This document shows, one piece after another, positions 1-13,326 of a DNA stretch of 64,000 bases. The notes beneath the pieces are model-generated. The model had not been told where the DNA came from. It saw only the letters and a program-made list of their open reading frames with translations, and did no database searches. Position 1 is the stretch's first letter; every line of letters begins with the position of its first letter. The DNA comes from Eledone cirrhosa (taxonomy: Eukaryota), in contig OZ024752.1 in NCBI GenBank assembly GCA_964016885.1, positions 45,260,001 through 45,324,000 of the forward strand. The letters run 5' to 3'. Made by a program: the position numbers and the translations under genes.

Positions 1-157
1 GTCCAGTGGAACTTGTTCCTTACGCAGTACATAAACTACAAAATAACACCTAGTTAGGATCATGCCTTGGACCCAATGATATGAGATAAGAGATTCAAAG
101 CATAGATGTTATGTTGAGGACATCAGGCTCTGTAATATATCTACTGTTTCTATATAT

Positions 158-356
158 ATCTAGGGCAGGTAAAATTCCCGAGGTCCATGGACGAGTTCTC
201 TCCAGCGGTCTCGGTCCCTCATCAGCGCTGCCATGTCCTGCGTCTCCAAGAGACCAGTGTCTGTCCTTAGGGCATCAATATATGACGACCTTGGTCTCCT
301 TCTTCCAGGAGGTCCCTGGTTGTTGGTGAACATGTCCAGCTAACCACAGTCTCCTG

Positions 357-357
<1 letters not shown>
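158..357 (-). mobile_element. RTE-like LINE 3' end fragment
   Basis: Reverse-complement homologue of 38594-38839 (RLWLAGHVH... region, ending in the EFYLP equivalent), with an internal deletion. Confidence 0.65.
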
Positions 358-410
<53 letters not shown>

Positions 411-554
411 CCCTCCCCCTCTCTCCCTATCCCCCCCTCTCTCTCAAGAGAGAGAGAGAGAGATGACCACATGAATAGACCTGTTTTTTCTCTAAAAATA
501 TTTTGCCACTGCCCATCTCCTCAATCTTTCAATTTCTTCATTAATTTCTCATTC

Positions 555-685
555 TATTTTCTGATGAAGGACAAGTATCCGAAACATTGAGACCCTTTTC
601 CTACTATATCAAGCATAAAACTAATAATATATTTCTTCATTGTACTGTGTCGTTAGGTTTGTTATTTCTGTTTGCCTTTTGCATT

Positions 686-690
<5 letters not shown>
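555..690 (+). mobile_element. Penelope-like/retrozyme end with degenerate hammerhead core
   Basis: CTGATGA-AGGACAAGTATCC-GAAAC at 561-585; downstream sequence resembles 16032-16170; ends in (TA)n. Stem III and the cleavage triplet are not clean. Confidence 0.45.
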
Positions 691-779
<89 letters not shown>

Positions 780-950
780 ACAAGCTGTTGAAACAGCAAG
801 AGCTCAGTCATCGGAGTCCAGACTCTTTACAATATAACCCTACTCTACTACTCCAAGTATTGAGTATTCTGCTGAGTAATGGTCTAACCAGTTTTTTACT
901 GTATCCATCTTGATCTATATATATATACACATATATATATACATATATAC

Positions 951-983
<33 letters not shown>

Positions 984-984
984 C

Positions 985-1025
<41 letters not shown>

Positions 1026-1052
1026 TATATATATACACATATATATATATAT

Positions 1053-1092
<40 letters not shown>
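685..1092. repeat. (TA)n/(TACA) microsatellites flanking a family J-like fragment (777-912)
   Basis: Direct reading; 777-912 resembles 40250-40372 (gaaac.gc..gagctcag...aagtattgagta). Confidence 0.8.
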
Positions 1093-1096
<4 letters not shown>

Positions 1097-1326
1097 AACA
1101 ACACAATATATAACTACTCCATTACCAAAGGTTTCAGGAAGCTAGGCAATATTAACATACGTCTAGTTCGCTCATCAGATGAATAGACATATGTTAATAT
1201 TGTCCAGCGTCCTGAAACCTTTGGTAATGGAGTAGTTATATATTGTGTTGTTTACTTTCTAATGAAATAGCTCTGTTCTATACATAGAGTACTCTTTTTT
1301 CCTTTGCTTTTTCTTCGGAAATATGT

Positions 1327-1330
<4 letters not shown>
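1093..1330. mobile_element. Family A palindromic hammerhead element
   Basis: Inverted arms at about 1097-1165 and 1184-1252 plus a tail to 1330; (TA)n on both sides; homologues at 14040-14270, 29773-30018 and 38490-38565. Confidence 0.8.
1117..1184 (-). ncRNA. Type I hammerhead ribozyme (family A)
   Basis: cat-CTGATGA-stem II-GAAAC-CTTTG-GTA-atg; predicted GUA cleavage site. Confidence 0.65.
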
Positions 1331-1374
<44 letters not shown>

Positions 1375-1432
1375 TAAAAAAATAATGAATAAAACAAAGA
1401 AACAGTTCCTTATATTAAACAAAAAAAGTTCA

Positions 1433-1569
1433 TTATTTTACGATCGTTTCTAGGACATATATGTGTTAGAATTGGCATGCATATTCAAAAGATCTATGTA
1501 CAAAATTATACAAACTATCAAGGAGAATATACATACCATCACATATATATATGCTGTCTTCAGAAATAA
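1433..1569 (-). ncRNA. Type I hammerhead ribozyme with long stem II (family B)
   Basis: ttattt-CTGAAGA...GAAAC-GATC-GTA-aaataa; homologous to 61836-62263. Confidence 0.65.
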
Positions 1570-1699
1570 TGAAGTATATTTATTGATAATAACAACAATT
1601 CAAAATTACAGGTCTGTTTGGGAACAGATTTTAAATAGACCAATGAAATACATAAAATTCATCAAGAAAATACAGTTATATATCTATATATATATATAT

Positions 1700-1943
1700 A
1701 TATTTATTAAAATAACAGATTAAAGTTTAAGCAAAGAATCGCTGCTTTCACCCTTAACGGAATCTTCTGAAACTAAATTTTTTTTAGTTTCAGAAGATCC
1801 CGTTAAGGGTGAAAGCAGCGATTCTTTGCTTAAACTTTAATCTGTTATTTTAATAAATATTTGGTCTAAGGTTCTTATATATTTGATATATATTGATCCT
1901 TATCGAGCCCCCTTTGGATTTTAGTCTTCACATTTATTATTAT

Positions 1944-1950
<7 letters not shown>
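1700..1950. mobile_element. Family C palindromic element with degenerate hammerhead
   Basis: Near-perfect palindrome 1700-1860 plus tail; the homologue at 34015-34105 retains CTGAAGA-TCCTGTTAAGGGT-GAAA on the minus strand. Confidence 0.65.
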
Positions 1951-1974
<24 letters not shown>

Positions 1975-1980
<6 letters not shown>

Positions 1981-2165
1981 TGTAATAAACAACATAAGAT
2001 AATTATTTCATTTACCAAAGGTTTCATGAATACAGACGAGCCTGGCACAGACGTCTGACTTTGGTAAATGAAATAATTATCTTATGTTGTTTATTACATA
2101 ACTAAAAAGCTCTGGAGCCTACATAGAGCACTCTCTTTTCCTTTACCTTTCCTACAGAAATACTT
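1975..2165. mobile_element. Family A-related palindromic element
   Basis: Arms 1975-2020 and 2059-2104; shares taccaaaggtttc and catagagcactct with family A. Confidence 0.65.
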
Positions 2166-2189
2166 TATATATATATGTGTGTGTGTGTA

Positions 2190-2615
2190 GAGGTTATATT
2201 TAATTTGTTGGGATACAACAAGCAAAATATTTTTATAACTGATATAAAGCACTCAACAAATTATTGGAGTAAATATACAATATATTAACAAATGGAAACT
2301 ATATTTATAAAACCATATTTATTTCATTATACATATTTCAAGGGCCACCAAGGCAAACTATGGTGCACTTTCATCAGATAAAATATAATATAGGTTAGTT
2401 TTATAAATAAATATTGACATACCCTGAAAAAGAGATTCCAACCAGAATGGTAGCATTTTTTCAGGGTATGTCAATATTTATTTATAAAACTAACCTATAT
2501 TATATTTTATCTGATGAAAGCACACCATAGTTTGCCTTGGTGGCCCTTGAAATATGTATAATGAAATAAATATGGTTTTATAAATATAGTTTCCATTTGT
2601 TAATATATTGTATAT
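2190..2615. mobile_element. Family D palindromic hammerhead element
   Basis: Arms 2273-2431 and 2457-2615 are nearly identical; tail 2190-2272; homologue at about 60870-61035. Confidence 0.8.
2505..2566 (+). ncRNA. Type I hammerhead ribozyme (family D); mirror copy at 2322-2383 on the minus strand
   Basis: ttttat-CTGATGA-AAG..CACCA..TGGTG..CTT-GAAA-TATGTA-TA-atgaaa; predicted AUA site. Confidence 0.65.
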
Positions 2616-3073
2616 ATATATATATATATATATATGTACTCTAACATATATATATATATGTTAGAGTACATTATATTACTGTCAATAAGTTATATAACGC
2701 AATACATTATAGATGAGAAGGTTTATCATTTGAAATAAAACCAGCTTTTCATTGCATTCAATTTCTAGCTTCTCCGGTGATAGGACCAGCCTTACATTGT
2801 ATTTAATTTCCAAAACTAGTTTCTCCTATGATTGAAATAAAATTTTCACAGATGTGACATGCTGTCAATAACATGAAGCTTAGAACTTCTCATGCCTGTC
2901 TATTTCTCTGTGTCTGTTTAATCTACCACTAATTCAAGCCATCAAGTAACATCAATTGATATTTGACGTAACATTGATTCATGTTATAGAGTTCTAGGCA
3001 GCACAATAGCAAACTTTAACTATTAAAAACAAGAACTCATTCCCAACCTTTCCTATTCAAAAGATTGCTTTAT

Positions 3074-3280
3074 TTAACCCTTTAGCATTTAAACCGGTTG
3101 TATCCGGCCAGAATTCTCTCACCTCTTTCTGTTCAAACCAACTGTACTAGCCACTCATACTGATGTTAAGGTATTGTTCTTAAAATAACTAAAACCATCA
3201 TCAAAATCTCATAGATTCGATATTGTCTGAGATAGTCTTTACTACAGAAATACAATAGTAAATATAGAGTAATGGAAACG
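3074..3280 (+). mobile_element. piggyBac-like MITE (one end decayed)
   Basis: Starts TTAA-CCCTTTAGCATT; homologous to complete copies at 25266, 30727 and 33051. Confidence 0.7.
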
Positions 3281-3282
3281 GG

Positions 3283-3976
3283 TGTGTGTGCGTATATATG
3301 TGTGTGTGTGTGTCTGTGTGTGTGTATACATATATATATGTATATGTATATATAAGTATATGTATATATAAGTATATGTATATATAAGTATATGTATATA
3401 TTTGTATATGTATATGTATATATATGTGTATGTATATATGTATATATATGTGTATGTATATATATATGTGTATGTGTATATATATATATGTGTATGTGTA
3501 TATATATATGTGTATGTATATATATACATATGTATGTATATATATGTGTATGCATATATATACATATGTATATATATATATGTATATATATACATATGTA
3601 TATATATATGTGTATATATATATATATATATATGTGTATATATATGTATATATATGTATACATATATGTATATGTATATATATGTATATATATGTATATA
3701 TATGTATGTATATGTATGTATATGTATATATATGTATGTATATGTATGTATATGTATATATATGTATGTATATGTATATATATGTATATATATGTATATA
3801 TATGTATGTATATGTATGTATATGTATATATATGTATGTATATGTATATATATGTATATATATGTATATATATGTATATATATGTATATATATGTATATA
3901 TATGTATATATATGTATATATATGTATATATATGTATGTATATGTATATATATGTATATATATGTATATATATATG

Positions 3977-4007
<31 letters not shown>

Positions 4008-4248
4008 GTATATATATGTATATATATGTATATATATGTATGTATATGTATGTATATATATATGTGTATATGTATGTATATGTATGTATATATATATGTG
4101 TATATGTATATATGTGTATATGTATATATGTGTATATGTATATATGTGTATATGTATATATGTGTATATGTATATATGTGTATATGTATATATGTGTATA
4201 TGTATATATATATATATATATATATGCATATATATATGTATATATGTG

Positions 4249-4279
<31 letters not shown>

Positions 4280-4532
4280 GTATGCATATATATATGTATA
4301 TATATATATGTATGCATATATGTATATATATATATATATATGTATGCATATATGTATATATATATATATATGTATGCATATATATATGTATATATATATA
4401 TATGTATGCATATATGTATATATATATATATATGTATGCATATATATATGTATATATATATATATATATGTATGCATATATGTATATATATGTATGCATA
4501 TATATATATGTATATATATATATATGTATGCA

Positions 4533-4573
<41 letters not shown>

Positions 4574-4772
4574 GTATGCATATATATATATATATATGTA
4601 TGCATATATATATATATATATGTATGCATATATATATATATATATGTATGCATATATATATATATATATATGTATGCATATATATATATATATATGTATG
4701 CATATATATATATATATATATGTATGCATATATATATATATATATGTATGCATATATATATATGTATGCATA

Positions 4773-4810
<38 letters not shown>

Positions 4811-4820
4811 TACATATATA
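3283..4820. repeat. Compound TA/TG/TATG/TATGCA microsatellite, about 1.5 kb
   Basis: Direct reading; source of the spurious 480-595 aa YI/HT ORFs. Confidence 0.95.
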
Positions 4821-5352
4821 CACCATCCAACATAAATCGAATTTAGCTCTTCTTACAGTTGAGTGCTTCATGATATAATGAAGAAGCGGGTCTCTAACCC
4901 CACCACACTTATTATGCTTGCTACCCCCACAGAAATGCCCTCTGGGTAACATACCCCTATAATTGGGGTAACCTAACACACAGGACATCCCTCACGACTT
5001 GATCAAATGGAGATTATAAAGTATAAGACACCACATGACAATAGCCTCGACTCCAAGTACTGTACAACTTTGGAGTACGATAAAATTGGATTGATACCGA
5101 CAGATATGATCAGATGAACCAGCAACCTACGTCGATTTGATCCACTTCAACAGATTCTGCCTCACAACATTGATCCAATCATGCATGGCTACCTATGTCA
5201 TGAAGAATCAATGTGATACAATATGGACTTTTTATAACCTGTAGTATTATGTCATGTGTTTTTATTGTATACTTTATATTGTACATCAAATGTGGGTTAT
5301 AGAGGAGTAAATGAGCGAATTAGTCTGTTTGAGTGTGTGTCAGTGAAACATA

Positions 5353-5397
<45 letters not shown>

Positions 5398-5452
5398 TTC
5401 CAATCTACTGTAAAACTCATTCTTTGACATAATCATTGAATATCGTTTACCA

Positions 5453-5485
<33 letters not shown>

Positions 5486-5491
<6 letters not shown>

Positions 5492-7300
5492 CAGGTCCAA
5501 ACACAAGGGAACCAAACTCCCACTGCCTCTCCTGCTCTCCCCATCTCTCATATACACCAGGTCCGAACACAAAGGAACCAAACTCCCACTGCCTCGGTCT
5601 CTCCCGCTCTCCCCATCTCTCATATACACCAGGTCCAAACACAAAGGAACCAAACTCCCACTGCCTCTGTCTCTCCTGCTCTCCCCATCTCTCATATACA
5701 CCAGGTCCAAACACAAAGGAACCAAACTCCCACTGCCTCTGTCTCTCCTGTTCTCCCCATCTCTCATATACACCAGGTCCAAACACAAAGGAACCAAACT
5801 CCCACTGCCTCTGTCTCTCCTGCTCTCCCCATCTCTCATATACACCAGGTCCAAACACAAAGGAACCAAACTCCCACTGCCTCTGTCTCTCCTGTTCTCC
5901 CCATCTCTCATATACACCAGGTCCAAACACAAAGGAACCAAACTCCCACTGCCTCGGTCTCTCCTGTTCTCCCCATCTCTCATATACACCAGGTCCAAAC
6001 ACAAAGGAACCAAACTCCCACTGCCTCTGTCTCTCCTGTTCTCCCCATCTCTCATATACACCAGGTCCGAACACAAAGGAACCAAACTCCCACTGCCTCT
6101 GTCTCTCCTGCTCTCCCCATCTCTCATATACACCAGGTCCAAACACAAAGGAACCAAACTCCCACTGCCTCTGTCTCTCCTGTTCTCCCCATCTCTCATA
6201 TACACCAGGTCCAAACACAAAGGAACCAAACTCCCACTGCCTCTGTCTCCTGTTCTCCCCATCTCTCATATACACCAGGTCCAAACACAAAGGAACCAAA
6301 CTCCCACTGCCTCTGTCTCTCCTGTTCTCCCCATCTCTCATATACACCAGGTCCAAACACAAAGGAACCAAACTCCCACTGCCTCTGTCTCCTGTTCTCC
6401 CCATCTCTCATATACACCAGGTCCAAACACAAAGGAACCAAACTCCCACTGCCTCTGTCTCTCCTGTTCTCCCCATCTCTCATATACACCAGGTCCAAAC
6501 ACAAAGGAACCAAACTCCCACTGCCTCGGTCTCTCCTGTTCTCCCCATCTCTCATATACACCAGGTCCGAACACAAAGGAACCAAACTCCCACTGCCTCG
6601 GTCTCTCCTGTTCTCCCTATCTCTCATATACACCAGGTCCAAACACAAAGGAACCAAACTCCCACTGCCTCTGTCTCTCCTGTTCTCCCCATCTCTCATA
6701 TACACCAGGTCCAAACACAAAGGAACCAAACTCCCACTGCCTCGGTCTCTCCTGTTCTCCCTATCTCTCATATACACCAGGTCCAAACACAAAGGAACCA
6801 AACTCCCACTGCCTCTGTCTCTCCTGTTCTCCCCATCTCTCATATACACCAGGTCCAAACACAAAGGAACCAAACTCCCACTGCCTCGGTCTCTCCTGTT
6901 CTCCCTATCTCTCATATACACCAGGTCCAAACACAAAGGAACCAAACTCCCACTGCCTCGGTCTCTCCTGTTCTCCCCATCTCTCATATACACCAGGTCC
7001 GAACACAAAGGAACCAAACTCCCACTGCCTCGGTCTCTCCTGTTCTCCCCATCTCTCATATACACCAGGTCCAAACACAAAGGAACCAAACTCCCACTGC
7101 CTCTGTCTCTCCTGTTCTCCCCATCTCTCATATACACCAGGTCCAAACACAAAGGAACCAAACTCCCACTGCCTCGGTCTCTCCTGCTCTCCCCATCTCT
7201 CATATATACACCAGGTCCAAACACAAAGGAACCAAACTCCCACTGCCTCTGTCTCTCCCGCTCTCCCTCTGTCTCTCCCGCTCTCTCCTGTTCTCCCCAT
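5486..7300. repeat. 72-bp minisatellite, about 25 copies
   Basis: Unit tacaccaggtccaaacacaaaggaaccaaactcccactgcctctgtctctcctgttctccccatctctcata. Confidence 0.95.
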
Positions 7301-7696
7301 TTTATATTTTATCTTATTTTATATCGTATAAAAATGAGAAAATCATCGCGAGGACAACCGTTAAAACATCCAGATGCTGTCAATGAGAGTGATGGGCAAA
7401 AGTGCCTCAGAGGACAGAGACCAGAGGTCAGAGGGCAACAGAGAGACAAACCACGAAGTGGGCGACAGGCTGACAAAATATAATTATATATTTTATATTA
7501 TATTTCATAGGCAATTTCTTGCTATTATGTGACTCCATACGTAATGCCATATAAACTCCATATAGAACCCATATGGTTCCATACCAATATCTAATTAATT
7601 ACTTTTTCCAACTAATTACCCACATTTATAATTATTATTATTAATGGGAGCCCTATGTAGATAATAAAGAAATTATTATTATTATTATTATTATTC

Positions 7697-7865
7697 TTTG
7701 AGTCTCAGTCATTGATGTTATTTAACTGGAAAGTTTGTTGGAATAAATATCAAGTCGCTACCTGCAGCCTCAGATATTCAGGACGTTTCAGAGGGTTCTT
7801 GCTGTTCCCAGCAAGCATGCCTTTTGAAGTGTTCCAAAAAACGGGGCTTGACTAATCTTCTTTAA
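7697..7865 (-). mobile_element. R4/Dong-like LINE 3' end abutting (ATT)n
   Basis: Encodes ...LQKACLLGTARTL; homologous to 19890-20215; 3' end joins an ATT repeat. Confidence 0.65.
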
Positions 7866-7872
7866 CGATCCT

Positions 7873-8415
7873 TTACGGTCTGAGTTCAAATCCCGCCGAG
7901 GTAAACTTTGCCTTTCATCCTTACGGGGTCGATAAAATAAAGTACCAGTAATGTACTGGGATAATTGCTGGCCTTGTGCCAAAAGTAGAAACAATTATTA
8001 TGATAAAGGTGGTTGATTGGCAAAACCGGTAGAGCGTTGGAAAACATTCTTAGCTACACATAGTTATGGCTCTTTAAATTCTGAGTTCAAATCTCGCCGT
8101 GGTTAACTTTGCCCTTCATCCTTTACGGGATCAATGAAATAAAGTACCAGTAATGCACTGGGTAATTGCTGGCCTTGTGCCTAAAGTAGAAACCATTATT
8201 ATTTGGTGGATTAGTAATATCGGTAGAGTGTCAGATACCATGCTTGGAAGCATAGAGTTATGGACCTTTATGTTCTGAGTTCAAATCCTACTGAGGTTAG
8301 CTTTGCCTTTCATCCTTACGGGGTCGAAAAATAAAGCACCAGTAATACACTGGGGTTGATTTAATCAAGTTTCCCCTTCAAATTGCTGGCCTTGTGCCTA
8401 TACTAGAAACAATTA
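7873..8415 (+). mobile_element. Tandem cluster of three tRNA-derived SINEs (family S1)
   Basis: Repeated ctgagttcaaatcccgccgagg (B-box-like), tttgcctttcatccttacggggtcgataaaataaagtacc core and (ATT) tail. Confidence 0.85.
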
Positions 8416-8993
8416 TCATTCGATATAAAACTCACAAATACATTTACATATCCGCTGTGTGAGAGCAGAAATCCCAATTCTAATTTTGGTATATTTTTTT
8501 ATATTTATTTTATAATATACTTCATATGTAATCTTTGATATTATGCGACATCTCTCGGCTCTGTATAATCTACTGACTTCCTTAATTAATTACCTTCAAC
8601 TAATTACTTACATTTATGACTTAATTATAATTAGCTACTCTTCGTAATTAATCCATCTACCCTTTATTAGGTATCATTGTGATTCTTTGTTATGGTTAGA
8701 ATAGGTGCCGTTATTACCAATATTGTCATTAGCTTCAGGTGACACAGTGAGTGTGGACAGTCTATTGTGTCATACTACTGTAGTTTATTATCTGACATAC
8801 ATTACATCACAGACTGACCACTTGTCTTCTGAGTTATTGGGATGCCAGGATGTGGTTCTCTACCTGGAGTCTAAAAATCTAAAGTCTAAAGTCTGTCTTA
8901 AACCATTTAAGGCTCACCAGGCTGATGCTTATTCTGCTTTTATGGTGTGAAGTGACTGCGAGTACAAGACTTCCCCCTGGACAGGACACCAGT

Positions 8994-9990
8994 CCATAGA
9001 TTCACCTCCTTGACATACTGCTAACCTTCCATACATTCACCTCATTGACACACTGCTGACCTTCCATACATTCACCTCATTGACATATTATTCACCTTCC
9101 ATAGATTCACCTCCTTGACACAGTGCTGACCTTCCATATATTCACCTCATTGACACACTGCTGACCTTTCATACATTCATCTCATTGACACATTACTGAC
9201 CTTCCATAGATTCACCTCCTTGACACACTACTGATCTTCCATACATTCACCTCACTGACATATTATTGACCTTCCATAGATTCACCTCATTGACACATTA
9301 CTGACCTTCCATAGATTCACCTCCTTGACACACTACTGATCTTCCATACATTCACCTCATTGACATATTATTGACCTTCCATAGATTCACCTCCTTGACA
9401 CAGTGCTGACCTTCCATACATTCACCTCATTGACACATTACTGACCTTCCATAGATTCAACTCATTGACACACTACTGATCTTCCATACATTCACCTCAT
9501 TGACATATTATTGACCTTCCATAGATTCACCTCCTTGACACACTACTGATCTTCCATACATTCACCTCATTGACATATTATTGACCTTCCATAGATTCAC
9601 CTCCTTGACACACTACTGATCTTCCATACATTCACCCCATTGACATATTATTGACCTTCCATAGATTCACCTCATTGACACATTACTGACCTTCCATAGA
9701 TTCACCTCCTTGACACACTACTGATCTACCATACATTCACCTCATTGACATATTATTGACCTTCCGTACATTCACCTCATTGACACACTGCTGACCTTCC
9801 ATAGATTCACCTCATTGACACATTACTGACCTTCCATACATTCACCTCCTTGACACACTACTGACCTTCCATACATTCATCTCATTGACACACTACTGAC
9901 CTTCCATAGATTCACCTCCTTCACACACTACTGACCTTCCATACATTCATCTCATTGACACACTACTGGCCTTCCATACATTCATCTCAT
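8994..9990. repeat. 35-bp minisatellite, about 28 copies
   Basis: Unit ccata(g/c)attcacctc(c/a)ttgacaca(c/t)tactgacctt with alternating variants. Confidence 0.95.
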
Positions 9991-10363
9991 TACCAAAATT
10001 CCTCAGTAACCTTGCATTCTTTTTTGCAGGAAGAAACTGAAACAAATGTTATTTTAGCTTCTTTGCTCTAAATATTCCACAATTTGGCACTTTTAGAGAC
10101 CATATTTCTCTTCTCTATGTTTTTACTCTTTTTATACCATTCCATGATAACTGACTCTGGAGGAACCCCATTTCGGCCCACTTCTATTTGGGATCATATT
10201 CTTTCAGGGTGGAGAGAATACTTGGCTGATCTCCTATATCCTGTCACATCATCATCTTCGGATATATCCGAGGTACATCAGGGAGCGGTGATTAATCTCT
10301 GAGGCTGCGGTCGCAAGAGAAGTTACAGAACTCAAATAAGGCAAGGCCACTGAGGAAGATGAC

Positions 10364-10585
10364 AACCCCACCCCATTTTTAAGGGTTCTATGAAACAACC
10401 CCACCACATTTTTATGGGTTCTATGAAACAACCCCACCCCATTTTTAAGGGTTCTATGAAACAACCCCATCCCATTTTTAAGGGTTCTATGAAACAACCC
10501 CACCCCATTTTTAAGGGTTCTATGAAACCCCCACCCCATTTTTTAGGGTTCTATGAAACTACCCCACCCCATTTTTAAGGGTTCC
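10364..10585. repeat. 33-bp minisatellite, about 6.5 copies
   Basis: Unit aaccccaccccatttttaagggttctatgaaac. Confidence 0.9.
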
Positions 10586-10756
10586 TATTTAAATCAAAAT
10601 CTTCCAACATATATACTACCCTTTTAATTTACTAGAATTTTTTTCAACACGCTGATGTATGTGTGTGCAAATGTGCGTATGTGCATATGTGTGTATGTGC
10701 ATATGTGTATATGTTTATGTGTATATGTGTATATGAGCTTATGCATACATTTATAT

Positions 10757-12540
10757 ATATACTGTTGTATTTTCACAGTAAAGGCTTTACCTCACATAAT
10801 ATCTCACATAACATTTACATTACTCTATATATACTATTGTATTTTCACAGTAAAGGCTTTACCTCACATAATATCTCACATAACATTTACATTACTCTAT
10901 ATATACTATTGTATTTTCACAGTAAAGGCTTTACCTCACATAATATCTCACATAACATTTACATTACTCTATATATACTATTGTATTTTCACAGTAAAGG
11001 CTTTACCTCACATAATATCTCACATAACATTTACATTACTCTATATATACTATTGTATTTTCACAGTAAAGGCTTTACCTCACATAATATCTCACATAAC
11101 ATTTACATTACTCTATATATACTATTGTATTTTCACAGTAAAGGCTTTACCTCACATAATATCTCACATAACATTTACATTACTCTATATATACTATTGT
11201 ATTTTCACAGTAAAGGCTTTACCTCACATAATATCTCACATAACATTTACATTACTCTATATATACTATTGTATTTTCACAGTAAAGGCTTTACCTCACA
11301 TAATATCTCACATAACATTTACATTACTCTATATATACTATTGTATTTTCACAGTAAAGGCTTTACCTCACATAATATCTCACATAACATTTACATTACT
11401 CTATATATACTATTGTATTTTCACAGTAAAGGCTTTACCTCACATAATATTTCACACTATATTTACATTACTCTATATATACTATTGTATTTTCACAGTA
11501 AAGGTTTTATTTCACATAATATCTCTCATAACATTTACATTACTCTATATATACTATTGTATTTTCACAGTAAAGGCTTTACCTCACATAATATCTCACA
11601 TAACATTTACATTACTCTATATATACTATTGTATTTTCACAGTAAAGGTTTTATTTCACATAATATCTCTCATAACATTTACATTACTCTATATATACTA
11701 TTGTATTTTCACAGTAAAGGTTTTATTTCACATAATATCTCACATAACATTTACATTACTCTATATATACTATTGTATTTTCACAGTAAAGGTTTTATTT
11801 CACATAATATCTCTCATAACATTTACATTACTCTATATATACTATTGTATTTTCACAGTAAAGGTTTTATTTCACATAATATCTCACATAACATTTGCAT
11901 TACTCTATATTTACTATTGTATTTTCACAGTAAAGGTTTTATTTCACATAATATCTCACATAACATTTACATTACTCTATATATACTATTGTATTTTCAC
12001 AGTAAAGGTTTTATTTCATATAATATCTCACATAACATTTACATTACTCTATATTTACTATTGTATTTTCACAGTAAAGGCTTTACCTCACATAATATCT
12101 CACACAATATTTATATTACTCTATATATACTATTGTATTTTCACAGTAAAGGTTTTACCTCACATAATATCTCGCATAACATTTACATTACTCTATATAT
12201 ACTATTGTATTTTCATGGTAAAGGCTTTATCTTACATAATATCTCACATAACATTTACATTACTCTATATATACTATTGTATTTTCACAGTAAAGGCTTT
12301 ACCTCACATAATATCTCACATAACATTTACATTACTCTATATATACTATTGTATCTTCATGGTAAAGGCTTTATTTCACATAATTATCTCGCATAATATC
12401 GAATCTATGAGATTTTTATATTATTTATTTTGAGAAAAATACCTTCACATAAGTATGAGCAGCCAATTATGGCCGATTTGAACAGAAAGAGGTGAGAGAA
12501 TTTTGGCTGGATATGGCCAGTTTAAATACTAAAGTGTTAA
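10757..12540 (-). repeat. 72-bp satellite (about 23 copies) expanded inside a piggyBac-like MITE
   Basis: Unit tattgtattttcacagtaaaggctttacctcacataatatctcacataacatttacattactctatatatac, followed at 12400-12540 by the MITE body ending taaagtgTTAA. Confidence 0.9.
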
Positions 12541-12754
12541 AATAAAATCTCCTACAACTTGTGTGGTGTATTGTCCAAATTTCAATCAACTGATATTATT
12601 GATGTTTTCTCTGTTGATTGTTGTCTTTAGATTTAACCCCCCCCCCACCCTAGAGGGAGTTTTGTTGACTAATTGCTTGAATAATCTCTGTTAATTTGTG
12701 TTTTTCAATTCGGTATGTGAGACCTTATTATGCAACGACTAGAATTTGAAAGAT

Positions 12755-12940
12755 AATTGTTTCTACTTTTGGCACAAGGCCAGCAATTATCCCAGTGTAT
12801 TAATGGTACTTTATTTTATCGACCCCGTAAGGATGAAAGGCAAAGTTAACCTCGGCGGGATTTGAACTCAGACCATAAAGGGCCGTAACTCTGTGCTCTT
12901 AAGCATGGCGTCCGACCCTCTACTGATACTGCCAATCCAC
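12755..12940 (-). mobile_element. SINE family S1
   Basis: Reverse complement of the 20437-20645 consensus. Confidence 0.85.
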
Positions 12941-13076
12941 GATAATGGTTCGTAGTTGCTGTTGTTGGATAAAAGCATATAAAGAGAAAATAAGATTATT
13001 TTAGTTGTTTTCGCCTACAGCGGAGTAGGAAACATGGTAAACATATTTCACCCATTTATTTTCGTTCATTGTCTTG

Positions 13077-13310
13077 AGTGGATTGTCAGTAATCAGTAGA
13101 GCGTCGGACACCAAGCTTTGCAGCATAGAGTTACGTCCCTTTACGTTCTGAGTTCGAATCCCACCAAGGCTAGCTTTGTTTTTCATCCTTATGAGGTTCG
13201 ATCGATAATAGATCGTTCCTCGAGCTGACTGACAGTGAAACATGTGTAATAGATAATGAAATATGTATATGATGCAACACTGATTCTTTCTTCCCTTATA
13301 TATTAACACT
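13077..13310 (+). mobile_element. Truncated S1 SINE fused to a family H hammerhead-element 3' part
   Basis: S1 head 13077-13195; 13195-13310 matches the reverse complement of 39840-39950 (gtgaaacatgtgtaata). Confidence 0.6.
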
Positions 13311-13326
13311 ATATATATATATATAT

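Noticed and set aside
2634-2671. Short palindrome atgtactctaaca(TA)n tgttagagtacat
   Set aside because: Only about 13 unique bp per arm around a self-complementary TA tract; too little to classify.
3166-4988. 480-595 aa ORFs on both strands
   Set aside because: Stop-free translations of TA/TG microsatellite; the same applies to the ORFs near 21 kb, 44 kb, 53-54 kb and 61 kb.
5433-7331. 631-aa ORF, or a CRISPR-like array
   Set aside because: Pure 72-bp tandem repeat with frameshifting units; no unique spacers and no cas genes.
7334-7483. 49-codon ORF MRKSSRGQ...
   Set aside because: Short, with no recognisable homology or supporting signals.
10655-12433. 592-aa and 577-aa repetitive ORFs
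   Set aside because: Translation of the MITE-derived 72-bp satellite.
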